Assembly (NCBI GenBank): GCA_016235455.1
Contig: JACRKZ010000059.1
Location: 1 to 64,000, forward strand
Source of the DNA: Armatimonadota bacterium
GTDB taxonomy: Bacteria; Armatimonadota; UBA10988
Length of the DNA: 64,000 bases
Direction of reading: 5' to 3'
The notes under the pieces are model-generated. The model made no database searches. It had not been told where the DNA came from and worked only from the letters and a program-made list of their open reading frames with translations. Within the stretch, counting starts at the first letter, position 1. Every line of letters starts with the position of its first letter. Position numbers and translations under genes: made by a program. Positions 46,696-56,622 of the stretch are shown one piece after another.

Positions 46696-47652
46696 GTGAT
46701 GGACGTGACGCCGGTGGTTGAGGGCATTGTGGCGCAGATGCTGCCGCTCTACCGCGTAGCGGAGACGGATGCCCCGGACTGTATCGGCCCGGTCCTACCG
46801 CATCGTCGTCGGGTGGTCGAGGCGCTCGACCAGTTGCTCCAGTTGCTGCTGCCTGCGGGTGCGTCGCCCGAGGCCGTGCAGCCGGAGTTGCTGCATCTGT
46901 TCCTGGCCGAGCGTGTGTCGCGGGCCTACCGGTTGCTGACCGTCGAGGTGGCGCGCGCACTGCCATTGCGGTGGCGCGGCGCCTTTGCCCAGCAGGTGGC
47001 CGACGGCGACGGCGGCGGCGGCGCGGCCGAGCCGATCGCCGACGGCGACCTGATGGCCGCGGCGGCGGAACTGGTGTCGGCCTTCTGCCGGCGGCTGCCG
47101 GCCTTGCGCTGCCAGCTGGTGCAGGATATCCGCGCCGCCTACAACGGCGATCCCGCGGCGATCAGCTTCGCCGAGGTGATGCTGACCTATCCTGGCCTGT
47201 GGGCCATCGCCTCGCATCGCATCGCGCACGAGCTCTATCGCCTGGACATCCCGGTGGTGCCGCGCATCATCTCCGAGCACACCCATGCCTGGGTGGGGGT
47301 CGACATCCATCCCGGCGCGGTGATCGGCAACGGTTTCTTCATCGACCATGCCACGGGTGTGGTCATCGGCGAGACGGCCCAAGTGGGCAACAACGTCAAG
47401 CTCTATCAGGGCGTGACGCTGGGCGCGCGCAGCTTCCCGCTGGATGAGCACGGCTTCCCACAGAAGAAGATCCGCCGCCACCCGACCGTGGAAGACAACG
47501 TGATCATCTACGCCAATGCCACCGTGCTGGGCCCGGTGACCATCGGTGCCGGCAGCGAAATCGGCGGCAACGTGTTCCTCACCGCCGATGTGCCGCCAGG
47601 CAGCCGCGTGCGCGGGCGCAACGAGGTCGATGTACGTCAGCCCAAAGAGTAG
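46696..47652 (+). CDS. cysE: Serine O-acetyltransferase (EpsC-type, extended N-terminus)
   Basis: GDPAA, YPG, DIHPGA.IG..FFIDHATGVVIGET, YQGVTLG, RHPT. Confidence 0.93.
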   Translation: MMDVTPVVEGIVAQMLPLYRVAETDAPDCIGPVLPHRRRVVEALDQLLQLLLPAGASPEAVQPELLHLFLAERVSRAYRLLTVEVARALPLRWRGAFAQQVADGDGGGGAAEPIADGDLMAAAAELVSAFCRRLPALRCQLVQDIRAAYNGDPAAISFAEVMLTYPGLWAIASHRIAHELYRLDIPVVPRIISEHTHAWVGVDIHPGAVIGNGFFIDHATGVVIGETAQVGNNVKLYQGVTLGARSFPLDEHGFPQKKIRRHPTVEDNVIIYANATVLGPVTIGAGSEIGGNVFLTADVPPGSRVRGRNEVDVRQPKE

Positions 47653-47658
47653 CGCGCC

Positions 47659-47713
47659 TGTGACCTGCTTGTGACCTGCGCCGCTTGACGCGCCGCGCGC
47701 CGTGGCGTATACG
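47659..47713 (+). promoter_or_regulatory. Tandem direct repeat (11-bp period) next to a promoter
   Basis: TGTGACCTGC-T-TGTGACCTGC (47659-47679), then TTGACG-N17-TATACG. Confidence 0.55.
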
Positions 47714-47741
47714 AGTCAGTAGAGGCTCGCAGAGACCCCCT

Positions 47742-48524
47742 ATGACTGGCCCACTGACGATCGCACCGATCCTAGATAGCTGGGAGCTTGAGCCAGGCGC
47801 TCAGTCGATCCGCGTCGTGCCCGGCCTGGACGGGCACGCCAAGCTACAGGTGCGCGTCGACCTCGGCCTGCTGCAGTTGGAGATGGACGGACGGCCCGAC
47901 GGCGCGTGCCCGCACGGGCATTCGTCGCTGCTGGACTTCCACACCGAGCGCCTGGAAGACTATCGCCGCAGCTACGGCAGCGTGGATGGCTTCCGCATCA
48001 ACTCCAGCGAGTGCAAGGAGATCTGCGACGAGGCCTCGCTCTACTACCACCGCTACATCAGCCTGCACCAGATCGGCCGCTTCCTCGACGTGGCGCGCGA
48101 CACTGCGCGCAACCTGCGCGCCGTGGACTTCCTGAGCCGCTATGCAGCCGCGCGCGAGGATAGCTGGCCGCTGGAGCAGTACCGGCCGTACATCACCATG
48201 ATGAACGCTCTGGCGCGTGCTTCGACGCATCTGAGCGAGTGCGACCACGCGGCGGCCGAGCGCGTGCTGGCCACGGCCATGGCCGCGGTTCGGCATTTTG
48301 GTGGCGAGCATGTCGGCCAGGTGGACGTGACCGGCGAGCTGGACATCCTCGGTCAGCGGCTGCGCGATGTGCAGTCCGAGCGGCCCAAGAGCGAGCTCGA
48401 CCTGCTGCAGCGCCGGCTCAGCCTGGCGGTGGAGCGCGAGGACTACGAGCAGGCGGCCGGCCTGCGCGACCGCCTGCGCCACCTCTCTGGGCCCGAGCCC
48501 GCAGGCTTCAACTGGGCCGACTGA
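47742..48524 (+). CDS. UvrB/UvrC-motif protein (PVC-type conserved hypothetical)
   Basis: LQVRVDLGLLQLEMDGRPDG, YYHRY, RDTARNL; C-terminal LSLAVEREDYEQAAGLRD. Confidence 0.85.
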   Translation: MTGPLTIAPILDSWELEPGAQSIRVVPGLDGHAKLQVRVDLGLLQLEMDGRPDGACPHGHSSLLDFHTERLEDYRRSYGSVDGFRINSSECKEICDEASLYYHRYISLHQIGRFLDVARDTARNLRAVDFLSRYAAAREDSWPLEQYRPYITMMNALARASTHLSECDHAAAERVLATAMAAVRHFGGEHVGQVDVTGELDILGQRLRDVQSERPKSELDLLQRRLSLAVEREDYEQAAGLRDRLRHLSGPEPAGFNWAD

Positions 48525-48561
48525 CCCCGCCGCGGCCCGACCTCGGAGCCGGCTCGGCCGC

Positions 48562-49050
48562 TCAGCGCGGTAGTGTTCGCCAATCGAACGCGATGGCCGG
48601 ATCGTCGTGCGCCAAGCGCTCCTCATCGGGCTCACTCGGGTCGTAGGGCGTGCTGGCGTGGTACAACACGAACGCCGGGTCGCCGCCCAGCACGCGATAG
48701 CCGTGGGCCACGCCGCGCGGAATGATCAGCACCAGCGGTCGCGATTCGCCCATGTAGACAACTTCGGTCAGACCATGCGTCGGCGAATCAGGTCGCAGGT
48801 CGTGCAGCACGGCCTGCAGGTTGCCCTTGACGCAGAACCAGGCGTCATCCTGGCGCCGATGCCAGTGGAAGGCTTTGATCACGCCGGGGTAGGACATGGT
48901 GAACGTGGTCTGGCCGAACGCCGCGAAATCCGTCCCGAAGTAGGGCTCATCGGCGCGCACCAGCTCGGTGAGAAGACCGCGGTCGTCGGGGAAGATGGTG
49001 AGAAGCTTCTGCCACGTGCCGGCGATCTTGCCGCGGTTGATGTGCGCCAT
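48562..49050 (-). CDS. dTDP-4-dehydrorhamnose 3,5-epimerase family (RmlC-like cupin)
   Basis: DDRG..TE, GVIKAFHWH, DLRPDSPT.G, IPRGVAHG. Confidence 0.88.
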   Translation of the reverse strand: MAHINRGKIAGTWQKLLTIFPDDRGLLTELVRADEPYFGTDFAAFGQTTFTMSYPGVIKAFHWHRRQDDAWFCVKGNLQAVLHDLRPDSPTHGLTEVVYMGESRPLVLIIPRGVAHGYRVLGGDPAFVLYHASTPYDPSEPDEERLAHDDPAIAFDWRTLPR

Positions 49051-49160
49051 GGAGATCCCTTCGAGTCCCGCCTGGGCACTTGCTTGGCCCTAGCGCGACA
49101 AGGGACTATTATACGGTCTGGACCCATCGTGGACAACGGCGGCCAGATTGCTGAGAGCGT

Positions 49161-49865
49161 ATGGCAGACGCAGGACAGGAACCGCAGGAGCGGAATGGCA
49201 CGGTGCCCTTGCTGGGGGCGCACGACTCCATTCTGGCCATCGGCGCACACTTTGACGATGTCGAGCTGGGCTGCGGCGGCGTGTTGGCCAAGGCGGCCAG
49301 CCGCGGTTGCCACATCACCATTCTGGTAATGACCAGTTCGTCGTACACCCATGCGCGCGGCGAGATCGTGCGCACCGCGGAGGCGGCCTACGATGAGGGT
49401 GTGGCCGCTGCCGCCACGCTCGGCGTGACCGATGTGCGCTGCCTGGGCCTGGGCAACATGAACCTGCGGTGGGAAGGCGATACCGTCGCCGCCATCGAAG
49501 CCATCATGGAGGAAGTGCGCCCGGCCATCATCTTCACGCACTGGCCGTTCGACACGCACCAGGATCACCACTACGGCTCGCTGGCCACGCTGTCGGCGGC
49601 GCGCTACTTCTCCAGCATCCTCATGTACGACCCGATGTTCCCCTCCGGCCGCAGCTACCATCCGTTCCGGCCGCAGGTCTACTTCGACATCACCGACACG
49701 CTCGACGCCAAGATCGCCGCGCTCCGCTGCCATGCCTCCGAACTGCGCAAGTACGGCGACAATTGGCTCGACGCGGTCACCGCACGGGCGCGCTACCGTG
49801 GCTATGAGACCGGCGCGCAGTACGCCGAGGCCTTCGAGGCCGTGCGGCTGCAGGTGCGCCTGTAG
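49161..49865 (+). CDS. PIG-L/LmbE family deacetylase
   Basis: GAHFDDVELGCGG, THWPFDTHQDH, YAEAF. Confidence 0.9.
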   Translation: MADAGQEPQERNGTVPLLGAHDSILAIGAHFDDVELGCGGVLAKAASRGCHITILVMTSSSYTHARGEIVRTAEAAYDEGVAAAATLGVTDVRCLGLGNMNLRWEGDTVAAIEAIMEEVRPAIIFTHWPFDTHQDHHYGSLATLSAARYFSSILMYDPMFPSGRSYHPFRPQVYFDITDTLDAKIAALRCHASELRKYGDNWLDAVTARARYRGYETGAQYAEAFEAVRLQVRL

Positions 49866-49950
49866 TTGATCGGATAGCGCAAATCGCCAGAAGACCGGCG
49901 GCAGGTGCGAACCGTGTCCATGCGCTAGGGTAGGGCGTGGAGCTCGAGCC

Positions 49951-52140
49951 GTGCGCCTCACCCCCATTGACCTGCCTGACGTATCGCTCACCGATCCGCG
50001 CCTCCTGGCCGCGCGCGAGGCCAATCGCGCGTACCTGCTGAGCCTGCCGGTCGACCGCCTGCTCTATGCCTTCCGCGTCAACGCCGGGCTGCCCGCGCCG
50101 GGCGAGCCGCTCGGCGGCTGGGAGGCGCCCGACTGCGAGTTGCGCGGCCACTTCGTCGGCCACTGCCTCTCGGCCTGCGCGCTGCACTACCACGCGAGCG
50201 GCGACGGCGGGATTCTGACCCGGGGGATGGAGCTCGTGGCCGGGCTCGGCGAGTGCCAGCGCGCATTGGGTCGCGGCTACCTGTCGGCCTGGCCAGAGGC
50301 CTATCTCGACCGGCTGGAGGCGCTCGATCGACCCACCTGGGCGCCGCTCTACACGATCCACAAGCTGCTGGCCGGCCTGCTCGACATGGCGCGCCTGACC
50401 GGATCGGAGCAGGCCTGGTCGATGCTGCTCACGGCGGCCGAGTACTACCGCCAGCGCCTGGGCCGGATGTCCGATCACCAGGTCGAGCGCATGTTGACCG
50501 TCGAGTTCGGCGGCATGGCCGAGGTGTTCTACAACCTCGCCGCCGTCTCGGGCGACGCGGCCCATCTCGACCTGGCCCATCGCTACGATCAGGCAGCGTT
50601 CCTCGGCCCGCTGGCGCTGGGTCGCGACAATCTCAGCTATCTGCACGGCAACACGCAGATCCCCAAGGCTATCGGCGCGGCGCGCCGCTATGAGTTGACC
50701 GGCGACGAGACCTATCGCCGCATCGTCGAGTTCTTCTGGGACTGCGTCGTCCGGCACCGCACCTACGCCATGGGCGGCACCACGTCGGGCGAGATCTGGC
50801 CCGAGCCGGACCGGCTCGCCGCGACCCTGGGCTCGACCAACGCCGAGATCTGCAAGACGCACAACCTGCTCAAGCTGGCGCGCCATCTGTTGAGCTGGAC
50901 CGGCGACGCCGAGTACGCCGACTACCTGGAGACCGCCTTCCTGAACGGCATCCTGGGCACGCAGCGGGTGGACACCGGCCAGATGCTCTACTACGTGCCG
51001 CTGTACCCAGGGCTGACCAAGTCGTGGGGCACGCCGTTCGACAGCTTCTGGTGCTGCTATGGCACCGGCATCGAGACCTGGGCCAAGCTCGGCGACAGCA
51101 TCGCCTGGCACGATGGCGAAGCCCTGTGGCTCGGGGGCTACGTCGCCTCGTCGCTGACCTGGCGAGAGAAGGGCATCACGCTGACCCAGGTGACCGACTA
51201 CCCGCACAGCGAGCGCATCGAGCTGCGGCTGAGCATGGCGCGGCCCACGCTGTTCACACTGCGCCTGCGGCTGCCGGGCTGGCTCCGTCAGCCGGCCGGC
51301 TTGACGCTCAACGGGGCGCGCGTGCCGCTCTCGGTCGACCGCGGCTGGGCCAGTGTGTCGCGCCTGTGGCGCGATGGCGACACGCTGCGACTGCATCTGC
51401 CCATGGATCTGGTCAGCGTCCCCATGCCGGATGACAGCGCCATGGTGGCGCTGCGGCGGGGTCCGCTGGTGCTGGCGGCACTGGATCCCGCGCCGGGCGC
51501 CTTTGTGGTCGGCGCACCAGAGCGGCCCCTGGACTGGACCGAGGGGCCTGCGCCCCGCCTGATGACAACTGGCGGCGCCGTGCCGCTGGTGCCGCTCAAT
51601 GAGGTCGTCGACGAGGCCTACGGCGTCTACTTCCAAGTCGCGGCCGAGGGCAGCGCGCGCCACGAGCAACTGACGGCGGGCGACGCGGAGTCGACCAAGC
51701 TGGCCGCGCGCCTGGTCGATCGCGTGCGCCTGGGCGACCGGGCCGACGAACTGGCGCACGAACTGGTCGAGGAAGCGTCGGAGAGTGGCGCCTTCGCCGG
51801 CCGGCCGGTGCGCGAGGCCTACCAGGGATGGTGGCGCTGGAAGCTGCGCACGGTACCCGATACCGCGCTGGCCTTGTCGTGCCTGTACAACACCGGTCAC
51901 ACACGCGGCAGCTTCGACATACTCATCAATGGTCACCCGCTCCTCACCGAGACGCTGCGTGGTGCCCAGCCCTGGCAGTTCTTCCGCCGCGACTACGCGC
52001 TGCCGGCCGAGTTGCTCATCGGCAGCCAGTGGCTGACGGTGGAGTTCCGGGCGCACCCCAAGTCCACGGCTGGCGGAGTGTTCGATTGCGCGGTGGTGCG
52101 GGCCGAGCCGGCAGGAGCCCCGGAGCAGACGGCGAAATGA
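49951..52140 (+). CDS. GH127/GH146 beta-L-arabinofuranosidase-like protein
   Basis: GGWE, GHFVGH.LSA, EFGGM, HGNTQIPK, EIC..N, FWCCYGTG. Confidence 0.9.
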   Translation: MRLTPIDLPDVSLTDPRLLAAREANRAYLLSLPVDRLLYAFRVNAGLPAPGEPLGGWEAPDCELRGHFVGHCLSACALHYHASGDGGILTRGMELVAGLGECQRALGRGYLSAWPEAYLDRLEALDRPTWAPLYTIHKLLAGLLDMARLTGSEQAWSMLLTAAEYYRQRLGRMSDHQVERMLTVEFGGMAEVFYNLAAVSGDAAHLDLAHRYDQAAFLGPLALGRDNLSYLHGNTQIPKAIGAARRYELTGDETYRRIVEFFWDCVVRHRTYAMGGTTSGEIWPEPDRLAATLGSTNAEICKTHNLLKLARHLLSWTGDAEYADYLETAFLNGILGTQRVDTGQMLYYVPLYPGLTKSWGTPFDSFWCCYGTGIETWAKLGDSIAWHDGEALWLGGYVASSLTWREKGITLTQVTDYPHSERIELRLSMARPTLFTLRLRLPGWLRQPAGLTLNGARVPLSVDRGWASVSRLWRDGDTLRLHLPMDLVSVPMPDDSAMVALRRGPLVLAALDPAPGAFVVGAPERPLDWTEGPAPRLMTTGGAVPLVPLNEVVDEAYGVYFQVAAEGSARHEQLTAGDAESTKLAARLVDRVRLGDRADELAHELVEEASESGAFAGRPVREAYQGWWRWKLRTVPDTALALSCLYNTGHTRGSFDILINGHPLLTETLRGAQPWQFFRRDYALPAELLIGSQWLTVEFRAHPKSTAGGVFDCAVVRAEPAGAPEQTAK

Positions 52141-52165
52141 CGCTCGGCCCGTAGCGGAGCGTCCC

Positions 52166-54231
52166 ATGCGCTGTCTCGTCATGCTGTTTGCCTGCTGCCT
52201 GAGCGCGGCTGCCGTGCCGTTGTCGGTGGTCAACGACCGCGCGCCCGATACTTCGTCGCTGGACACGCTGGTCGCCTCGGTCACGCGCGGCTGCCGCACC
52301 GACGACGAACGCGCGGTGGCCATCTACAACTACCTGCGCTACGCGCTGTACCACCACGCCTATCCGGGGGAGCCCGGCGGCATCGGCGCGCTCAAACTGA
52401 TCAACGTCTACGGCTGGAGCCTGTGTGGCGGTGAGCATAGCGTGCTGGCCGCAATGTACGAGAAGGCCGGTTGGCAGTGGCGCTACCGCGGCTGGAACAA
52501 CCCCGGTCATACCACCGTCGAGGCCTCGTATGGCGGCCGCTGGCACTATCTCGACGTGTTCCTCAAGTTCTACTGCTGGCGGCCCGACGCGGCCGCCCCC
52601 AACGGCCACACCATCGCCAGCCAGGAGGACATCCTGGCCCAGCCGAGCCTGCTGGATGGCTTCGCGCTGGACGACACGCGGCGTGTCGTCTACCACCGCG
52701 AGGGCCCCACCGACTGGACCGCGCCGCGCGCGGCTGGAGCAGCATCAACTTCGATGACCCCGGCTACAGCGCCGTGCCCGACCTGGGGCCGGGCATGAAC
52801 CTGCGCCTGGACTGGGATCGCGTCGATGGTGGCTCGATCGGCGCGCAAGCGGCGCCGGCACACAGTTGCGGCGACAAGGACTACCGCTGGTGTCCGGTGG
52901 TCGGACCGTTGCTGGAGCCTTACCGCGCCCAGCGCGCGGCGCAGAGCTGGTCGAATGGCACGCTTGGTTTCGCGCCCGACCTGAGCAGCGCGCGGTGCCT
53001 GGAATCGTTCGCCACGCGCGACAACCTGGTCTGGCGCGATGGCAAGCTGGCGCCCGAAGACGCGGCGAAGCCGGCCGTGGCCACGGTCAAGGTGGCGCTG
53101 CCATACCCGCTGGTCAGCGCCAAGGCCGCCGAGGTGGACGGCCTGCGGGTCGAGATGTCGGCTGACGGCGCCGCCTGGCAGCCGCCGGGCCGCGGCCTGG
53201 CCGGCAGCTACGCCTGGCAGGCGCGCTTCACGCTCACCAAGTCGGTGGACAAGCTGGCGCTGGAGGCGGTTGTGCAGCACAACCAGCGGGCCTTGCCGTA
53301 CCTGGCGCCGGGGCGCAATGTACTCACGATCGGCGGCGGCGATCTGGCCGGCCGACGCGTGGCGGTGTCGGTGGCCTGGTGCCCCGGCTCGCGCAGCCGC
53401 AGCCTGCAGAAGCTGGCCGACCGCGACGAGGAACTGGGCAAAGGCCACGGTGCCACCTGGGCCGCGCAGCCGACGATCACGCGTGCTGTGGTGGACCACC
53501 TGCCGGCCACGATGACCATCGACGTGCCCACGCCGGCGGGCGCGGAGCCGGTCTACCCGCGCATGCTGTGGATCAAGCGCGAGGTGCTTGACAGCGGTGA
53601 TCTGGCCACCGGCGATGCCAAGGCTGCGGCCGGCGCGCGGCTGGTCGAGCTACCGAGCCCCTGGACCTTGGCCAATCAGCCGCCGGTGCCGCGCGCCAAG
53701 GGGCCAGTCAAGACCATCGAACTGCCCTTCGACCAGCGCGCCATCGTTGCGGCCGACGGCCAGACCGTGGCCAGCGGGCCGCTGCGCTGGCCGAAGCGGC
53801 CTGACGAGCAGGTCGTGGCCTGGGCCTGGCTGCTGGGCAAGCCCACCGGCGCTCTGCCACCGGCCGACCAGATCCTCACCGCGCGCATCGCCTTCGAGGT
53901 GGTCGACGCGCACGACAAGGCCGACATGAGCGTCGGCGCGGTGACCATGGCGCGCCCGTACCAGCCCGGCCAGAAGTATGCCTTCGAGGCGCTCGGCGGG
54001 GTGGTGGGTTCGGCTATCGTCAAGAAGGCCGATGGGCCGGTGCCGTTCAACCCCGCCAAGCCATATGCCATCGACGTGACCAAGGCGGCGCGGGCGCTGG
54101 CGCGTGATGGCGGCGCGGGCTTCGCGCTGCGCATACTGCCTAACCGCGCCGTGGACGACGGCTGGACGGTGCGCTTCACCCCGCGGCCTGATGTGGCGCC
54201 GAAGCTGGTTGTCGAGGTGCCCGCCGGCTGA
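52166..54231 (+). pseudogene. Secreted transglutaminase-like protein, frameshifted near 52728
   Basis: Signal peptide plus YGWSLCG...GHTTVE...WHYLD in the first frame; continues as RGWSSINF in another frame to 54231. Paralog of 467-2401. Confidence 0.7.
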
Positions 54232-54269
54232 GCGGTCGGCGTACCGGCACTGGTAGGCGCCGACCTCGG

Positions 54270-56603
54270 TTACGGCCGCCAGAGCACCGGCCGCCGGAAC
54301 ATGCCGCCGAAGTGGTGCGGGCAATATCCGCGGACCGTGACCAGGTTGCGCCCGGCGCGCAGCCGACCCGCCAGGTCCACATCCCACTCGAAGGCGTAGT
54401 CGTTGCGCCACCACGGCTCGCTGTACGTGCGGTGTGCGACGAGCGTGCCGTTGACATACAGCCAGGCCTCGTTGAACAGCCCTGGGAAGAGCATGTGCAC
54501 TGGGCCCGCCGCCTGCGCCGCGGTCAGTTCCAGCGGCGTCTGGTACCAGTAGTGCCCGGTGTAGCTCTGCCGGTCGGCGTGGCGGATGCCTTGGGCCTGC
54601 AGGTAGAGGTCGGCGCGCAGCGGCTCCCAACCGTCGGCAAAGAGGCGGCGGTCGTCGAGTGAGAGCTTCTCGCCGCGCGCGCGCCAGTCGCCCAGGTCGG
54701 CCTCCTGATAGGCCCAGCCGCGGGCCAGGCCGGTATCGTGCGGGTCGCGGCGGAATGACCAGGTCAGCGGCAGCCGGGCCACGAGCGTGCCCTTGGTGCC
54801 GTTGGTGCGAGCCAGCAGGTCGCGCATCTGCTGCACTTCGCCGGGCCACCAGGCAGTGCCGGCCTCGCCGATCTTGCGGTAGGTGGTGAACGTGACGTTC
54901 GTGTCGGTCAGCGCCTCGCGCGCCGCCAGCCCGCGCGCGCCGGCGGCCGCCGCCGTGGCGTAGTCGGCATCGGTAGCGGCGGCGCGCACCATGGCCAGAT
55001 AGCTGTCGATGACCTCGAAGCTCAGTTCGGTGAACCTGAGGCGCTCGACGTACTGGCGCTCGAGCCGGCTGGGGTTGGGCTTGGACCGCAGCGGCGCCAC
55101 CAGGGATTGCGCCTCGCCGAGCCGTGTGCGCAGCGTCTTGAGCAGCTCCGGGGTGTAGATCGCGGGCGCCGCGAACACTTCGTGCTCGGTGACCAGGGTC
55201 TGCTCCCAGGCAGCGTAGATCGTGTTCCAGTACTCGGCCATGGGCGCGGCGGCCGGCCCATAGAACTTGGGGTAGAACTCGGCCAGCAGGTCGGCGACCT
55301 TCGCGTCGGGGTCCCACATCAACTGCCCGCGAAAGAACAGGTTGAGGAAGGTGGTCGCCGACGCGCCACGGCTCTCGGTGCCGACGCCCAGGATGCCGGC
55401 CTGCCGGTAGTGGCGAACGTCGCTGGCAAAGGCATGGTGCGACGGGTTGGGCAGGTCGCGCCAGACGAGTTGCCCCTGATCGTAGTCGTAGATGACCAGC
55501 CGGCCGTCGGTCACTTTGGCCCAGCGGTCCAGCATGGCGCCGTACTCCTGCCGAGGCGGCGAGTTGGGGTCGTCAATGCCGTGGTTGGGGTCGATGTCGA
55601 TTGGGGCCAGCCACATCACCAGGTTGGGCTCGATGGTGCTGACCTGCTGCGGTGGGATGGTCACGTTGGCGTAGGCCATGCCGCCCAGTCGTGTCGGGCT
55701 GTTGGGGTACTTGGCGCGCAGCCGCCGGGCCACCGCGTTGTAAAGCGTGAGCATGGCGTCGGTGTTCGAGGGCTGGAGCGTGTACTTGTCTCGCAGGCCG
55801 GCCTGCAATTGCCGATCGCGCGCCGAGTCGCTGGTGTAGTCGCCGTCCTCGATGGCCAGCGAGATGCCCGCCACGCCACGAGCGTAGTCGGCGTCGATGC
55901 GCGCGGCCACTTCGTCCGCGGTGGCGTCTTCGGACAGCGGCACGTTGAACAGGGTCTTGCCCGGCGGCACCAGCCTGGCCGTGTACTGACCCAGCGCATG
56001 GCCCATGCCCGGCAGGCTGGTCTCGGTCATGAAGTTGCGTCGGCGGAACTCATCGGCTCCGGTGGCGTCGGCGTTCCAGCTCAGCCAGTAGTGGCGGATC
56101 TCGAACGGCGGCGCGTAGGCCCGGTCCAGATCGCCCACGACCAGCCGCGCCACCTCGGGGACGCACTCGCCGAACTCGGTGGGCAGGTACCACCGACAGC
56201 CCCACTGCTGCAGCAGGGCCGACACGGCGTAGTAGTGCGACTCGTCGTTGTTGCCGGCCAGCAGCACGCGGTTGCCGCGCCGGCGCAGCGCGATGGCGTC
56301 GGCGCGCGCTACGGGCTTGCGCTTGGCGACCCGGTCCAATGCGGCGCGGAGCGTGGGGTCATCGGCCAGCGCGGCGCGGCCGATCAGCAGGCACGGCCCG
56401 GCGGCCGGCGTGGCCACCAACGGCAGGGCTGCGCCGGTCATCAGCTGCACACAGCGGCGCAGGTCGTCCGCCGCACGCTTCTCCCAGGTGCCGGCGTCGG
56501 CCGACACGACGATCACGGCCTCCGACTGGCCATGGTCGGCGAGCACCAGATCCGCGGCCGAGACCGGCAGGGCGGCCAGCATGAGCAACCCAAGCAGGCG
56601 CAT
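54270..56603 (-). CDS. Secreted DUF4838-type protein with a C-terminal galactose-binding-like domain
   Basis: Signal peptide; GCRWYLP.E.GE.VP, AYAN...PP, LMWDP, WLYVNG, LRAGRN. Confidence 0.75.
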   Translation of the reverse strand: MRLLGLLMLAALPVSAADLVLADHGQSEAVIVVSADAGTWEKRAADDLRRCVQLMTGAALPLVATPAAGPCLLIGRAALADDPTLRAALDRVAKRKPVARADAIALRRRGNRVLLAGNNDESHYYAVSALLQQWGCRWYLPTEFGECVPEVARLVVGDLDRAYAPPFEIRHYWLSWNADATGADEFRRRNFMTETSLPGMGHALGQYTARLVPPGKTLFNVPLSEDATADEVAARIDADYARGVAGISLAIEDGDYTSDSARDRQLQAGLRDKYTLQPSNTDAMLTLYNAVARRLRAKYPNSPTRLGGMAYANVTIPPQQVSTIEPNLVMWLAPIDIDPNHGIDDPNSPPRQEYGAMLDRWAKVTDGRLVIYDYDQGQLVWRDLPNPSHHAFASDVRHYRQAGILGVGTESRGASATTFLNLFFRGQLMWDPDAKVADLLAEFYPKFYGPAAAPMAEYWNTIYAAWEQTLVTEHEVFAAPAIYTPELLKTLRTRLGEAQSLVAPLRSKPNPSRLERQYVERLRFTELSFEVIDSYLAMVRAAATDADYATAAAAGARGLAAREALTDTNVTFTTYRKIGEAGTAWWPGEVQQMRDLLARTNGTKGTLVARLPLTWSFRRDPHDTGLARGWAYQEADLGDWRARGEKLSLDDRRLFADGWEPLRADLYLQAQGIRHADRQSYTGHYWYQTPLELTAAQAAGPVHMLFPGLFNEAWLYVNGTLVAHRTYSEPWWRNDYAFEWDVDLAGRLRAGRNLVTVRGYCPHHFGGMFRRPVLWRP

Positions 56604-56622
56604 CAAGTTCTCCCGTGGGCGG

